A stretch of DNA of 64,000 nucleotides from an uncultured Thermoleophilia bacterium (GTDB taxonomy: Bacteria; Actinomycetota; Thermoleophilia; UBA2241). Made by a program: the position numbers and the translations under genes. The stretch covers positions 400,905-464,904 of the forward strand of contig CAWCSR010000003.1 of the NCBI GenBank assembly GCA_963798285.1, read 5' to 3'. Under the pieces are notes generated by a model, which searched no databases, was not told the DNA's origin, and saw only the letters and a list, made by a program, of their open reading frames with translations. Positions within the stretch are counted from its first letter, which is position 1. Each line of letters begins with the position of its first letter. Positions 46,897 through 56,094 of the stretch are shown piece after piece.

Positions 46897-48375
46897 TCAG
46901 TGCGCCGGCGCGCCGCCGGCTGCGTCGGCGGTGTGTGCGCCGCGCGTGAGCGAGACGACGGCGCCGATCAGCGCAAGCGCGGCGCCGGTGAGCATGGCGT
47001 AGTGATAGCCGGACGCGTACGCCTCCACCGCGTGGGCGGCCACGGCGCCGCCCCCGCCTCCGCGTGTGAGCAGCAGGCGCCCACCCACCGCGCCCAGTTG
47101 GCTGGCCGCGATGCCGCCGAGCAGCGCGACACTGAGCGCCTGCCCGGAGGTGCGCATGGTGCTGAGGAAGGCGCTGGCCTGGCTCAGCTGGTCCCGCCTG
47201 ACGCTGCCCATGACGGCCGAGGTGTTGGGCGCGCTGAACGCCGCCATGCCCAGACCCACCACGACGAGAGCTCCGGCGACGTGCCACAGCGGCGCGGCGG
47301 CGCCGATGAGGGCAAGCAGCACCATCCCCCCCGCGATGGCCACCATGCCACCGGTGGCGAGCACCCGCGAGCCGATGCGGTCGCTCAAGCGGCCGCTGAA
47401 CGGACTGAGCGCGGCCATCAGCAGCGGCTGGCTCAGCAGGAGCCAGCCGCTCAGCGAAGCGGAACGGCCCTGGACGAGCTCGAGGAAGATAGCGGTCAGC
47501 AGGCCGATGCCGTACAGCGCCATGTAGTTCAGCAGGGCCGCGGTGTTCGCCGCGGCGAACAGCCGGTTCTTGAGGACGAGGTCGAGGTTGAGGATGGGAG
47601 ACTCGACGCGCCGTTCGTGGACCACGAACGCGATGAAGGACGCCACCGAGAGAGCCAGCAGGCCGAGGGTCGCCGGCGAGCCCCATCCCCACTGGACCGA
47701 GAACGTCAGCGGGACCAGCAGACAGATCAGGAAGGCCCCGAGCAGGAGAGAGCCGATCCAGTCCAGGCGGGGACCGCCCTCGCGCTCGCTGCGCGGCAGC
47801 ATGAACCAGCCCCAGAGCAGCACGATGATGCCGATCGGCAGGTTGATGAGGAAGATCCAGCGCCAGCCGACCGCGTCGGTGATGAAGCCGCCGAGCGGCG
47901 GGCCGACCGTCAGGCCGATGTACACGGCCATCACGTTGATGCCCAGGGCGCGACCGCGTTCGCTGGGCGGGAAGACCGCGGTGACGATCGCCGCCGACGT
48001 CGCGCCGATGAAGGCGGCTCCGGCCCCCTGGATGACGCGGGACACGATGAGCCAGGTGTCGTTCATGCTGACCGCGCACAGGAGGGAAGCGACCGTGAAC
48101 ACGGCGATGCCGAGCAGGTAGTAGCGCACGCGGCCGTGCTGGTCGGCGATGCGTCCGGCCGGGATGAGCAGGACGGCCGTCGTCAGCAGGAACGCGGCCG
48201 AGACCCACACCGCGGCCGTGAAGCTCAGATTCAGGTCCTTCCCCATGACGGGGAGGGCGACGCTGACGATGGAGCCGTCCAGCGGCCACATGAAGGCGCC
48301 GACCGAGGTCAGCGCCAGCAGCTGCCAGCGGCGCCGGTGCAGGTCTTCGTCGGTGATGCGCTTGATGAGGGCCAC
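46897..48375 (-). CDS. MFS transporter (DHA2/EmrB-QacA-like, 14 TMS)
   Basis: LPVMGKDLNLS, GRIADQHGRVRYYLLG and FPPSERGRALG motifs. It is a paralog of the frameshifted MFS gene at 7888. Confidence 0.85.
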   Translation of the reverse strand: MALIKRITDEDLHRRRWQLLALTSVGAFMWPLDGSIVSVALPVMGKDLNLSFTAAVWVSAAFLLTTAVLLIPAGRIADQHGRVRYYLLGIAVFTVASLLCAVSMNDTWLIVSRVIQGAGAAFIGATSAAIVTAVFPPSERGRALGINVMAVYIGLTVGPPLGGFITDAVGWRWIFLINLPIGIIVLLWGWFMLPRSEREGGPRLDWIGSLLLGAFLICLLVPLTFSVQWGWGSPATLGLLALSVASFIAFVVHERRVESPILNLDLVLKNRLFAAANTAALLNYMALYGIGLLTAIFLELVQGRSASLSGWLLLSQPLLMAALSPFSGRLSDRIGSRVLATGGMVAIAGGMVLLALIGAAAPLWHVAGALVVVGLGMAAFSAPNTSAVMGSVRRDQLSQASAFLSTMRTSGQALSVALLGGIAASQLGAVGGRLLLTRGGGGGAVAAHAVEAYASGYHYAMLTGAALALIGAVVSLTRGAHTADAAGGAPAH

Positions 48376-48394
48376 GGGTGCCGGGCGCTTCAGG

Positions 48395-49063
48395 TCAGGA
48401 GACCCAGGTCGCCAGCTCGTCGAGAGGGGCGCGCGAGCGCTCGAAGGTGTTGGCGGGAGCGTCGAGTTCCGGGTGGCCGAGGGTGACGGCGACGACCATG
48501 CGCTGCTCCTCGGAGCCGGGCAGCAACTGCCGCAGCAGGCCCGGGTAGCGGACCAGCGTGGTGGATTGGCAGGTGCCCAGGCCCTTGTCGTAGGCGGCGA
48601 GGCACACGTTCTGCACGAGCGACGCCGTGTCGTAGCTCGCGTACGCGGGGGCGAGGCAGTCCTCGAACCCGAACACGAGCAGGACGGGGGCGCCGAAGCA
48701 GTCGGCCGTGCGCGCCAGGGAGGCGGCCGGGCCGGAGGCTTCGCCGGCCGCTTCCATCGTCTCCGCGCGCGTCTTCATCAGCGCGACCGCGCGCGCCGAG
48801 CACGCCTGCGGCCAGTCACCGGTCTGGGTGCCCGACAGGTCGGAGGCGTCGTCCTCCTCGCGGGCGAGCGCGGCCTTGAACGCGGCCTTGAAGCGCTCCA
48901 GCGCCTCCCCGGTGACCACCCAGACACTCCAGGCCTGCGTGTTGCGCGACGAGGGCGCCCACCGCGCCTCATCGAGGATCTCGCGCACCAATTCCTGAGG
49001 GACCGGCTCCGTCGTATAGGCGCGGATACTCCGCCGCCCGCGAATGACGCTTTCCAATTCCAT
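48395..49063 (-). CDS. Nitroreductase-family FMN oxidoreductase
   Basis: IRGRRSIRAYTTEPVPQELVREILDEARWAPSSRNTQAWSVWVV. ATG after AAGGAGAG. Confidence 0.85.
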   Translation of the reverse strand: MELESVIRGRRSIRAYTTEPVPQELVREILDEARWAPSSRNTQAWSVWVVTGEALERFKAAFKAALAREEDDASDLSGTQTGDWPQACSARAVALMKTRAETMEAAGEASGPAASLARTADCFGAPVLLVFGFEDCLAPAYASYDTASLVQNVCLAAYDKGLGTCQSTTLVRYPGLLRQLLPGSEEQRMVVAVTLGHPELDAPANTFERSRAPLDELATWVS

Positions 49064-49143
49064 CGTCAGTCTCTCCTTGGCTCAGTAGCGAATCGAGGGT
49101 GAGCCTACATCGTGTACGAGGACGGGTACGACATGCAGGCGTC

Positions 49144-49788
49144 TCAGCGTAGCAGTGCTCGCACGACAGACAGGCCGCGCGAGGCGTCGTCACACCAGGC
49201 GTCCGCGCCGACCTGCTCGCTCGCCGTCTGGTCCACGGGAGCGCCGCCGATGACGATCGGCAGGCGTCGCTCCCAAGTCGACGTGCGCTCGCGCACGAGG
49301 GCGATGGTCTGCTTCATGCTGTCGTAGCCGGTGGTGAGCAGGGAGGACAGCCCCAGCACATCTGGGCGCTCACGTTCGACGACGTCGGCGATGTGCTCGG
49401 GGGTCACGTTCACTCCGAGGTCGACCATGTCGTAGCCCTCGGCGTCGAAGAGTGTGATGACGATGTTCTTGCCGATGTCGTGGATATCGCCTCGCACCGT
49501 GGCGATGACCATGCTGCGCTCCCGGGCAGCGTGTGCGGAAATCTCCCCGCGCGGCACGAGGATCTCGGCGGCCTCCCGGAAGATCTCGCCGGCCATGATG
49601 AGGGCGGAGATGAAGTACGTGCCCTTCTCATAGAGTTTGCCGACGCGCTCCATGCCCAAACGGCACTCAGCGAGGAGGGTCGCAGGATCCTCGTCCGCAT
49701 CGAGGCGGCGGCGGATGGCGGCGATCGCGCCGCGCTCGTCCATCCGCACGATGAGTTCGTCGAGAGCGTTCTCGGGTTTGGCCGTCAC
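49144..49788 (-). CDS. Corrinoid (B12-binding) protein, class B, co-transcribed with a GntR regulator
   Basis: GTG at 49788 lies 4 nt after the GntR stop, with AGGAG inside the GntR 3' end. Cap helix bundle (YFISALIMAGEIFREA). DxHxxG motif RGDIHDIGKN. …GLSSLLTT…IVIGGAP. Confidence 0.8.
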   Translation of the reverse strand: MTAKPENALDELIVRMDERGAIAAIRRRLDADEDPATLLAECRLGMERVGKLYEKGTYFISALIMAGEIFREAAEILVPRGEISAHAARERSMVIATVRGDIHDIGKNIVITLFDAEGYDMVDLGVNVTPEHIADVVERERPDVLGLSSLLTTGYDSMKQTIALVRERTSTWERRLPIVIGGAPVDQTASEQVGADAWCDDASRGLSVVRALLR

Positions 49789-49792
49789 CGGG

Positions 49793-50561
49793 TCAACTCC
49801 TCTTCTCCCCGGAACCGACGAGGCCGACGGTGGTCGACAATCTCAGGCGATCGGCGCGACCGACGAAGCGGCCCCAGCTCTCCGGGCGCTCCTCGAAATC
49901 GTAGAAGAGGTGCTCGAGGACCCACGCCGCGATGCCCGGCTGCTCGTTCAGATACGCGGCCTCTGCCTCCGTGAAGGCGGACGCATGCAGGGTCAGACGA
50001 CCGTACTTGATGTCCGAGCCCCATCGCTCCGGAGAAGAGATCCTGCAGCGCAGTGACGCCGAGCTCGGCCTCGACGAGGGGCCGAGCGGGATCGAAGACC
50101 AGGTACTCGCTGTGGTAGAAGAGCGGCTCATCCCCGCGCCTGAGCAGCCGCTTGATGGAGATGACGCGGTCGTCCTCCCCGACCTCGAGCTTCTCGCGTA
50201 CCCGGACAGACGGCGAGACGATGCGCGCCTCGATGATGTGCGCCTCGATGTCCGGGTCGGCCAGATACTCCTGCAATTCGCTGAGGTCGAAGAGCGCGGT
50301 GCTGAGCTGCGGCACTTTGACGAACGTCCCGCGACCGTGTTCCGTGACGGCGACGTCCTCACGCACGAGCTCGGCGATCGCCCGCCTCACGGTCATCGGG
50401 CTGACGCCATAGGCGGCGCAGAGTTCGGCCTCGGACGGCAAGCGGTCGCCCGGCCGATACTCCCCGCGGGCGATGCTCTCGCGGATGCTCCGCGCGAGCT
50501 GGGCATAAGGCGGCTCGAACGATTCCCTGTCGATAGCAGCGGTCTGTTTCACGCCGCCCAT
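49793..50561 (-). pseudogene. GntR/HutC-family regulator (wHTH + UTRA), one frameshift near 50035-50045
   Basis: PYAQLARSIRESIARGEYRPGDRLPSEAELCAAYGVSPMTVRRAIAELV. After …GVTALQDLFSG a second frame continues ERWGSDIKYGRLTLHASAFTEAEAAYLNEQPGIAAWVLEHLFYDF…. This aligns with the intact paralog at 56896. Confidence 0.8.
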
Positions 50562-50582
50562 TCTAGCACTTCCCTACTTCCC

Positions 50583-50611
50583 TAGACCAGTGGGGAACTT
50601 GGCGTTATACT
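50583..50611 (+). promoter_or_regulatory. Sigma-70-like promoter candidate TAGACC-17-TATACT for the corrinoid/URO-D operon
   Basis: -35 at 50583-50588, 17-nt spacer, -10 at 50606-50611, about 85 nt upstream of the ATG at 50696. It overlaps an ACTTCCCT x2 direct repeat (50568-50583) and a CTAGACCAGT half-palindrome. Confidence 0.4.
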
Positions 50612-50695
50612 GGCTGTCGCACAGTCAGGGGGCCGCTGCCGGACGACTTGCGGCGCAGCGGCGAATGAGTCTCGTACCATCAGGGAGGCGCAGAG

Positions 50696-51333
50696 ATGTC
50701 ACAGGAGTTGACCGACGCCATCGTCGGCATGCGCGAGGAGGAGGCCCTCGGCCTCGTCCAGAGCATGCTCGAGGCCGGCATAGATCCGAAGACCGTGCTC
50801 GACCAAGCCAAGGACGCGATGACCGAGCTCGGGCGCCGCTTCGAGTGCGAAGAGGCGTTCATCCCCGAGCTCATCATGGGCGGCGAGATCATGAAGAACA
50901 TCGCCGAAGAGCTGAAGCCGCACCTCAAGGGCGAGGCCGAGGAGGCCAAGCGCGGCACCATCGTCATCGGCACCGTGCAGGGCGACATCCACGACATCGG
51001 CAAGGACATCGTCGTGATGATGCTCGGCATCAACGGCTACGAGGTGCACGATCTCGGGCGTCGACGTGCCCGCGGACAAGTTCATCAGCGAGATCCGAGA
51101 GAGCGGCGCGCAGGTCGTCGGCCTGAGCGGCCTGCTCACCCTGGCCTTCGACTCGATGAAGGCCACCGTCGATGCCATCGCCGCCGCCGGCCTGCGCGAC
51201 CAGGTCAAGATCATGGTCGGCGGGGCGCCGGCGGACGAGCAGGTCGCAGGGCTACACCGGCGCCGACGGCTGGGGCAACGACGTGTCGGTGGCCCTCAAG
51301 CTGGCGGCCGAGTGGACGGGAGGTGCGTCATGA
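50696..51333 (+). pseudogene. Corrinoid (B12-binding) protein, class A, with two +1 frameshifts (GGG at 51056-51058 and 51249-51251)
   Basis: AFIPELIMGGEIM. GDIHDIGKD. After …YEVHDLG the next frame gives VDVPADKFISEI…GLSGLLT…IMVGGAPADEQVAG. A third frame gives YTGADGWGNDVSVALKLAAEWTGGAS*. This is colinear with the intact paralog at 56087-56719. Confidence 0.8.
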
Positions 51334-52586
51334 CGCCGACCGGCGAGGAGCTCTACGCGCAGCGCGAAGGGCGGTTCAACGACATCGTCGCGCTCAGGAA
51401 GCCCGACCACATCCCGGTCATCGGGCACACGATCCACTACTTCGCCGACCTCTGGAAGGGTCACTCCCAGAAGGAGGCGGGCTACAACCACCCGCAGCAC
51501 TATGAGGCCATCAGGGCCGCCACCGTCGAGTTCGGGTGGGAGTTCGAGCCCACCAACGCGCTGTTCGCCGCCGACGGCTATGAGGCGCTCGGCATCAAGC
51601 AGTTGCGCTGGCCCGGCGGCGACTTGCCCGACGACGTCGGCTTCCAGTTCGTCGAGGGCGAGTACATGAAGGCCGACGAGTACGAAGAGTTCCTGGCCGA
51701 CCCCAACGGCTTCACGCTCCGCAAGATCTTCCCGCGCATCGCCGACAATCTTGCGGGGTTCGAGCAGGTGCCGATCCCGCCCCTCTATTTCATGGCAAAC
51801 ACCTACTACCTGCTCAACGTCGGCGGCCCACTGCTGGGCGCGCCGCCGTTGCGCAAGGCCATGGAGAGCCTGCTGGCGATGTCCGACGCCGTAGGGGCGT
51901 ATTTTGCGGCGGATGCGGCCAGCGCACAGGAGATGGCCGCGCTCGGCTACCCGCGCACGTGGGGAGCGCCTATCGTCCCGGCGTTCGATGTGGTCTCAGA
52001 CATGCTCCGCTCGCTGCGCGGAAGCACGCTGGACATGTACCGCCATCCTGATCAACTGCTCGCCACCATCGATCGCATTCAAGAGGCTCAGATCGGCCTG
52101 GCGATGATGGTCATGAAGGTCACCGGCAATCCGCGCGTCTTCATCCCCATGCATCGCGGGGCCGGCGGCTTCATGAGCGACGAGCAGTTCGAGAAGTTCT
52201 ACTGGCCCACGTTCAAGGCTCTCGTGATGGCCATCATCGACGCCGGCGGCGTGCCGTGTCCTCTCTTCGAGGGTGACTACACGCCGCGTCTCAAGTACCT
52301 CGCCGAGTTCCCGCCCGGCACGATCGCCGGCCACTTCGACAAGATCGACCGAAAGAAATTCAAGGAGATCCTCGGCGACAAGATGTGCTTCTGGGGCAAC
52401 GTGCCGGTCTCGCTCCTGTGCACCGGCACGCCGCGGCAGGTGAAAGACGACGTCAGGGAGCTCATCGAACTGTTCGGCGACACCGGCGCGCTGATCCTCG
52501 ACTCTGGCCTGGGCGTCCCAGACGAGGCGAAGCCGGAGAACCTGCATGCGATGCGCGAGGCAGCGGACGAGTACGGGGTCTTCTGA
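51330..52586 (+). CDS. URO-D/MtaA-family methyltransferase-like protein (418 aa)
   Basis: ATGA overlap with the corrinoid A stop. C-terminal block FWGNVPVSLLCTGTPRQVKDDVRELIELFGDTGALILDSGLGVPDEAKPENLHAMREAADEYG is typical of the uroporphyrinogen-decarboxylase/MtaA fold. Confidence 0.7.
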   Translation: MTPTGEELYAQREGRFNDIVALRKPDHIPVIGHTIHYFADLWKGHSQKEAGYNHPQHYEAIRAATVEFGWEFEPTNALFAADGYEALGIKQLRWPGGDLPDDVGFQFVEGEYMKADEYEEFLADPNGFTLRKIFPRIADNLAGFEQVPIPPLYFMANTYYLLNVGGPLLGAPPLRKAMESLLAMSDAVGAYFAADAASAQEMAALGYPRTWGAPIVPAFDVVSDMLRSLRGSTLDMYRHPDQLLATIDRIQEAQIGLAMMVMKVTGNPRVFIPMHRGAGGFMSDEQFEKFYWPTFKALVMAIIDAGGVPCPLFEGDYTPRLKYLAEFPPGTIAGHFDKIDRKKFKEILGDKMCFWGNVPVSLLCTGTPRQVKDDVRELIELFGDTGALILDSGLGVPDEAKPENLHAMREAADEYGVF

Positions 52587-52627
52587 CGACGGCGGAGGCC
52601 ATCGCCGGGACTCAGGAGAGCAGCAAA

Positions 52628-52667
52628 CAGGAGGGCGCCGTGCAAAGGAGTGCACGGCGCCCTCCTG
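52628..52667 (+). terminator. Perfect 17-bp stem with AAGGAG loop between the URO-D-like and DUF1638 genes (intra-locus terminator or processing hairpin)
   Basis: caggagggcgccgtgca-aaggag-tgcacggcgccctcctg, 42 nt after the stop and 44 nt before the next ATG. No U-tract. Confidence 0.5.
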
Positions 52668-52710
52668 CTACCATGACGTCCGAGCAGAACACCGCGACCC
52701 TCGGGGACAC

Positions 52711-53469
52711 ATGACAATGGACGACCAGCCCAAGGCACCCAGGCCCGGCCTTGGCGGGCTCAAGCTCATCGCCTGCCCGGCCGTCATCGGCGAACTCGCC
52801 GACGGCGCCACTCAGGGCGTCGACTGCCACGAGCTCGAGGCACAACTGCACGTGAGCCCGGAGCGGCTCAAGGAGGCGCTCCGGGTCGCCGTCGCCGAGG
52901 CCGACGCACCCGGCGCGACGATCGTGCTCGGCTACGGCCTCTGCTCCAATTCCGTCCTCGGCCTCAAGACCGAGCGAGCGACCCTCGTCGTCCCCAGGGT
53001 GGATGACTGCATCGCGATGATGCTTGGGTCGAACGAGGCGTTCTCCGCTGAGTCCGAGAAGGCGCGCGGCAGCTACTACGTCGCCAAGGCGTATCTGGAA
53101 GAATGCGACACGATCATGAGTGAGCACGACAAGCTGGTGGAGAAGCGCGGCCGCGAGCGCGCCGAGCAGATGATGCGCCTGCTGCTCAAGCACTACACAC
53201 GCATCGTGCTCATCGACACCGGCCGCTACGACATGGAGCCGCACCGGGCACGGGTCGCCGGCTTCGCCGAGACCTTCGACCTGGCGGTCGAGGAGATCCC
53301 GGGAACGACGCGGATCCTCGATGCGCTCGTGGCGGAGGAGTGGGGTGACGACTTCGTCGTCGCCCCGCCGGGCCACGAGCTCACGCTCCGGGACTTCCGC
53401 CCCGAGCTCTTCTCGGGCGAGGCCTCCGCCCCGCCGGCCGCCGCGTCGCCGAGCGACGGGCCGGCGTGA
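52711..53469 (+). CDS. DUF1638-like protein
   Basis: LKLIACPAVIGEL…IVLGYGLCSNSVLGL…LVVPRVDDCIAMMLGS…GSYYVAKAY…. This layout is what I recall for DUF1638, a family found beside corrinoid methyltransferase genes. Confidence 0.55.
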   Translation: MTMDDQPKAPRPGLGGLKLIACPAVIGELADGATQGVDCHELEAQLHVSPERLKEALRVAVAEADAPGATIVLGYGLCSNSVLGLKTERATLVVPRVDDCIAMMLGSNEAFSAESEKARGSYYVAKAYLEECDTIMSEHDKLVEKRGRERAEQMMRLLLKHYTRIVLIDTGRYDMEPHRARVAGFAETFDLAVEEIPGTTRILDALVAEEWGDDFVVAPPGHELTLRDFRPELFSGEASAPPAAASPSDGPA

Positions 53470-54053
53470 ACATCCTCTGCATCGCCGGCTTTCTCGGATC
53501 CGGCAAGACCACCGTGTTGCTCGAGGTCGCGCGCGCGATGACCGAAGCGGGCTGGCGGCTCGCCGTCATCGAGAACGAGATCGGCGAGATCGGAGTGGAC
53601 GGCGGCTACGTGCGCGAGCAGGGCCTGCCGGTGCAGGAGCTCTTCGGCGGCTGCATCTGCTGCACCCTGCAATCCGGGCTGGTGGAGACCCTGCGGACCG
53701 TCGAGAGCCGCTACAGCCCGGACTGGGTGCTGATCGAACCCACGGGGCTGGCCGCCCCGGCCGACCTGCTGGGCGTCGTCGTCGACAATTGCCCCGACAT
53801 CGACATGATCCGGGTACTCACACTCGTCGACGCCGCTCGCTGGCCGATGCTCCTGGAGGTCGTCGAGCCACTCGTCACGGCCCAGCTCGAAGCCGCCGAC
53901 ATCGTCGCCGTCAACAAGGTCGACGAGGTCGACGACGAGGCACTGGCGGCCGTCATGAAGAGCGTTCGCGCGCTCGCCGGCAAGGCGACGGTGCTGCGGG
54001 CCTCCGCCGCCACGGGCGCCGGCATGAAGCGCCTCCTCGGAGCCTTCGTCTGA
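53466..54053 (+). CDS. CobW/HypB/UreG-type (G3E family) P-loop GTPase, short form
   Basis: GTGA overlap with the upstream gene. GFLGSGKTT P-loop. GCICCT metal-binding-type motif. LIEPTGLA. VNKVD (NKxD). Confidence 0.8.
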   Translation: MNILCIAGFLGSGKTTVLLEVARAMTEAGWRLAVIENEIGEIGVDGGYVREQGLPVQELFGGCICCTLQSGLVETLRTVESRYSPDWVLIEPTGLAAPADLLGVVVDNCPDIDMIRVLTLVDAARWPMLLEVVEPLVTAQLEAADIVAVNKVDEVDDEALAAVMKSVRALAGKATVLRASAATGAGMKRLLGAFV

Positions 54054-54472
54054 TGAGCACGCACGAGGCCGGCGGTCACGACCACCTCCGGCTCCTCGGC
54101 GACAACGCCCAGCCGGCCGTGTTCGCGGCCCGGGCCGACGTCGTGTTCTCGCCGCCGGCGCGAGCCGACCAGGTCGAGGTGGCCGTCACGCGCTTCTTCA
54201 CCGCCCTCTCCGGCGGCCTGGCCGACGCCGGCTGCACGCTGGTCGGCCACGTCAAGGGAACGCTTGCGGCTCACGGCTACGGAGACCTCGGGTTCCACGC
54301 CACCGCGCTCGCGGTGCCCCCCCTTCTGACGGGCGGCATCGCCGGCGACGCCCGGGAGGCCGTGCTCACCGTGAACGTCATCGTCTTCGGCGTGCCGGAC
54401 GGAGACCTGCCCGCCATCGTCACCGAAGCCTGGTCCCGAGCCACCGGCACGCAGGCGGTCTGGCGTCGCTGA
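54053..54472 (+). CDS. Hypothetical 139-aa protein translationally coupled to the CobW-like GTPase
   Basis: ATG overlaps the TGA of the upstream gene (TGATG). No recognisable motif. N-terminus is His-rich (MSTHEAGGHDH). Confidence 0.45.
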   Translation: MSTHEAGGHDHLRLLGDNAQPAVFAARADVVFSPPARADQVEVAVTRFFTALSGGLADAGCTLVGHVKGTLAAHGYGDLGFHATALAVPPLLTGGIAGDAREAVLTVNVIVFGVPDGDLPAIVTEAWSRATGTQAVWRR

Positions 54473-54741
54473 ACGGATGCTGCCGAGTACCTGGGCTTGG
54501 GCGCACGGCGAGGCACCTCCGGAGTACGGCGTCCTGATCCGCTCGCGCAGGGTCCTCGGCCGGGCAGAGCTGCCCCAACCTGGCCGGCCCGGCCTTCTTC
54601 CTCGCTCGCTCCACAGCGACTTCATGACCTGCCAGACCCGGTGGACGGCGGCGGCATGTGGTGACGCCGACGGCGGAGGCCCTTGTGGACCCCCGCCATC
54701 GGCGCTCACGGACCCGAGTGGTGGGCCCGGCCCTCAGTGCA

Positions 54742-56094
54742 TCAGATCTGCGCCCCGTACTTCTTGCCGGCGTCGATCATCGCCTTCATGCAGTCGGCCT
54801 TGGCTTGGTCGATCACGATGCCCGAGCCGAGGATGAAGCCGCCGGGACCGGCGACGTCCTCGATGAGCTGGCGCACGTAGTCGTCCATTTCCTGCGGCGT
54901 GCCGGTCGTGATGAGCGCGCCGGGCACGTTGCCGCCGAAGCACTGGTAGCCGCCGAGATGCTTGCGCGCCTCACTCATGTCCGTGGCGTCGAACATCCAG
55001 ATCATCTTGCCCGCCGGGATCTCGAGATCATGGATGGCCTCGAGACGCTCGTTGTACCCTCCCTCGGCGAAGATGAGCGGCACGATGCCCTCCTCGATGA
55101 GTCCGAGGAGGACCTTCTTGAACGTCGGCCAGTAGAAGGTGCGGAAATCCTCGTCCGAGAGGAACCCGTCAGCGCCCTTGTGCAGCGGGATGAACACCAT
55201 CGGATGCTTGTTGACATCGCAGGCGCGTACCCCCCAGTCAATCGCCAACGGCACCAGCCGCTCGCAGGCCTCGAGGACCTTCTCGGGACGACGGAACTTG
55301 TCGAGCATGAGCCCACGAGTGCCGCGGAGGGTGTCGCCGAGGATGTCATACGGCGCCTTGGTAGCGCCGCCGGCGAAGCCCGGCATGCCGTAGGTGGCGA
55401 GCGCCTTGCCGTCCATCGCACCGGCGGCCTGGATCCACTCGAGCGCCAACCTGCCCGCCTCGAGGAGCTTCTTGAACATCTCCTGCACTGGGGGCGTGCC
55501 GAACGGAATGAAGAACGGGCCCGTCAGGGGAGCTTCCACGAGGTCGGTGAACGGCGAGAGCATCGTCCACGGTTCCATGGCTCCGAAGATCCGCGGGAGG
55601 TAGAAGCGCTGCCAGAAGTTGGAGGGGTCGGCGATGAGGAGGTCGTACTCATCGGCGTGCATCCACTCCTTCTCAACGTACTGGTAGCCGGCGGTATCCG
55701 GTACCCCGTGGCCGGGCCAGTCGTAGAGTTTGTAGTCGAGAACGTCGAAGATCTCGCAGGGAGCGATGTTGATGGAGAAGGCGAGTACATCCTGCTTGAA
55801 CTCGGCGTGCCACTTCTGCCAGGCGACGTCGAGGCGCGCGAAGTCGTAGTAGGCCTCGCGCGCTGTCATGCCGTCCCACAGCGCCGGGAACAGCCCGATC
55901 CAGGGCGCGATCGGCACCCGCTGGGGCTTCTTGAGCTGGACCGCGTCACGGAACAGCTGCACACGATCCTGGTACTGCTTCTTGACGTCTGCGGACGCGA
56001 ACTCGACGTCGGGGTTCTGCCACACGTCCATGCGGACCTTGAAGCGTTCGTCAGGCGTCAGATCGTTCCAGTTGTCGGCGAACACGTCATTCAC
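54742..56094 (-). CDS. URO-D/MtaA-family methyltransferase-like protein, paralog 2 (450 aa)
   Basis: GTG at 56094 overlaps the corrinoid A' stop by 8 nt. FIPLHKGADGFLSDEDFRTFYWPTFKKVL… and CFGGNVPGALITTGTPQEMDDYVRQLIEDVAGPGGFILGSGIV… are colinear with the gene at 51330. Confidence 0.7.
   Translation of the reverse strand: MNDVFADNWNDLTPDERFKVRMDVWQNPDVEFASADVKKQYQDRVQLFRDAVQLKKPQRVPIAPWIGLFPALWDGMTAREAYYDFARLDVAWQKWHAEFKQDVLAFSINIAPCEIFDVLDYKLYDWPGHGVPDTAGYQYVEKEWMHADEYDLLIADPSNFWQRFYLPRIFGAMEPWTMLSPFTDLVEAPLTGPFFIPFGTPPVQEMFKKLLEAGRLALEWIQAAGAMDGKALATYGMPGFAGGATKAPYDILGDTLRGTRGLMLDKFRRPEKVLEACERLVPLAIDWGVRACDVNKHPMVFIPLHKGADGFLSDEDFRTFYWPTFKKVLLGLIEEGIVPLIFAEGGYNERLEAIHDLEIPAGKMIWMFDATDMSEARKHLGGYQCFGGNVPGALITTGTPQEMDDYVRQLIEDVAGPGGFILGSGIVIDQAKADCMKAMIDAGKKYGAQI

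Noticed and set aside
50562-50695. Possible cobalamin riboswitch in the corrinoid-operon leaders (a CCCACTGG resembling the GCCACTG B12-box core on the minus strand)
   Set aside because: Only a 7-nt partial match. The leaders (134 and ~146-176 nt, shared by divergent promoters) are too short for a ~200-nt cobalamin aptamer, and I could not see the other conserved stems. An Rfam scan would settle it.
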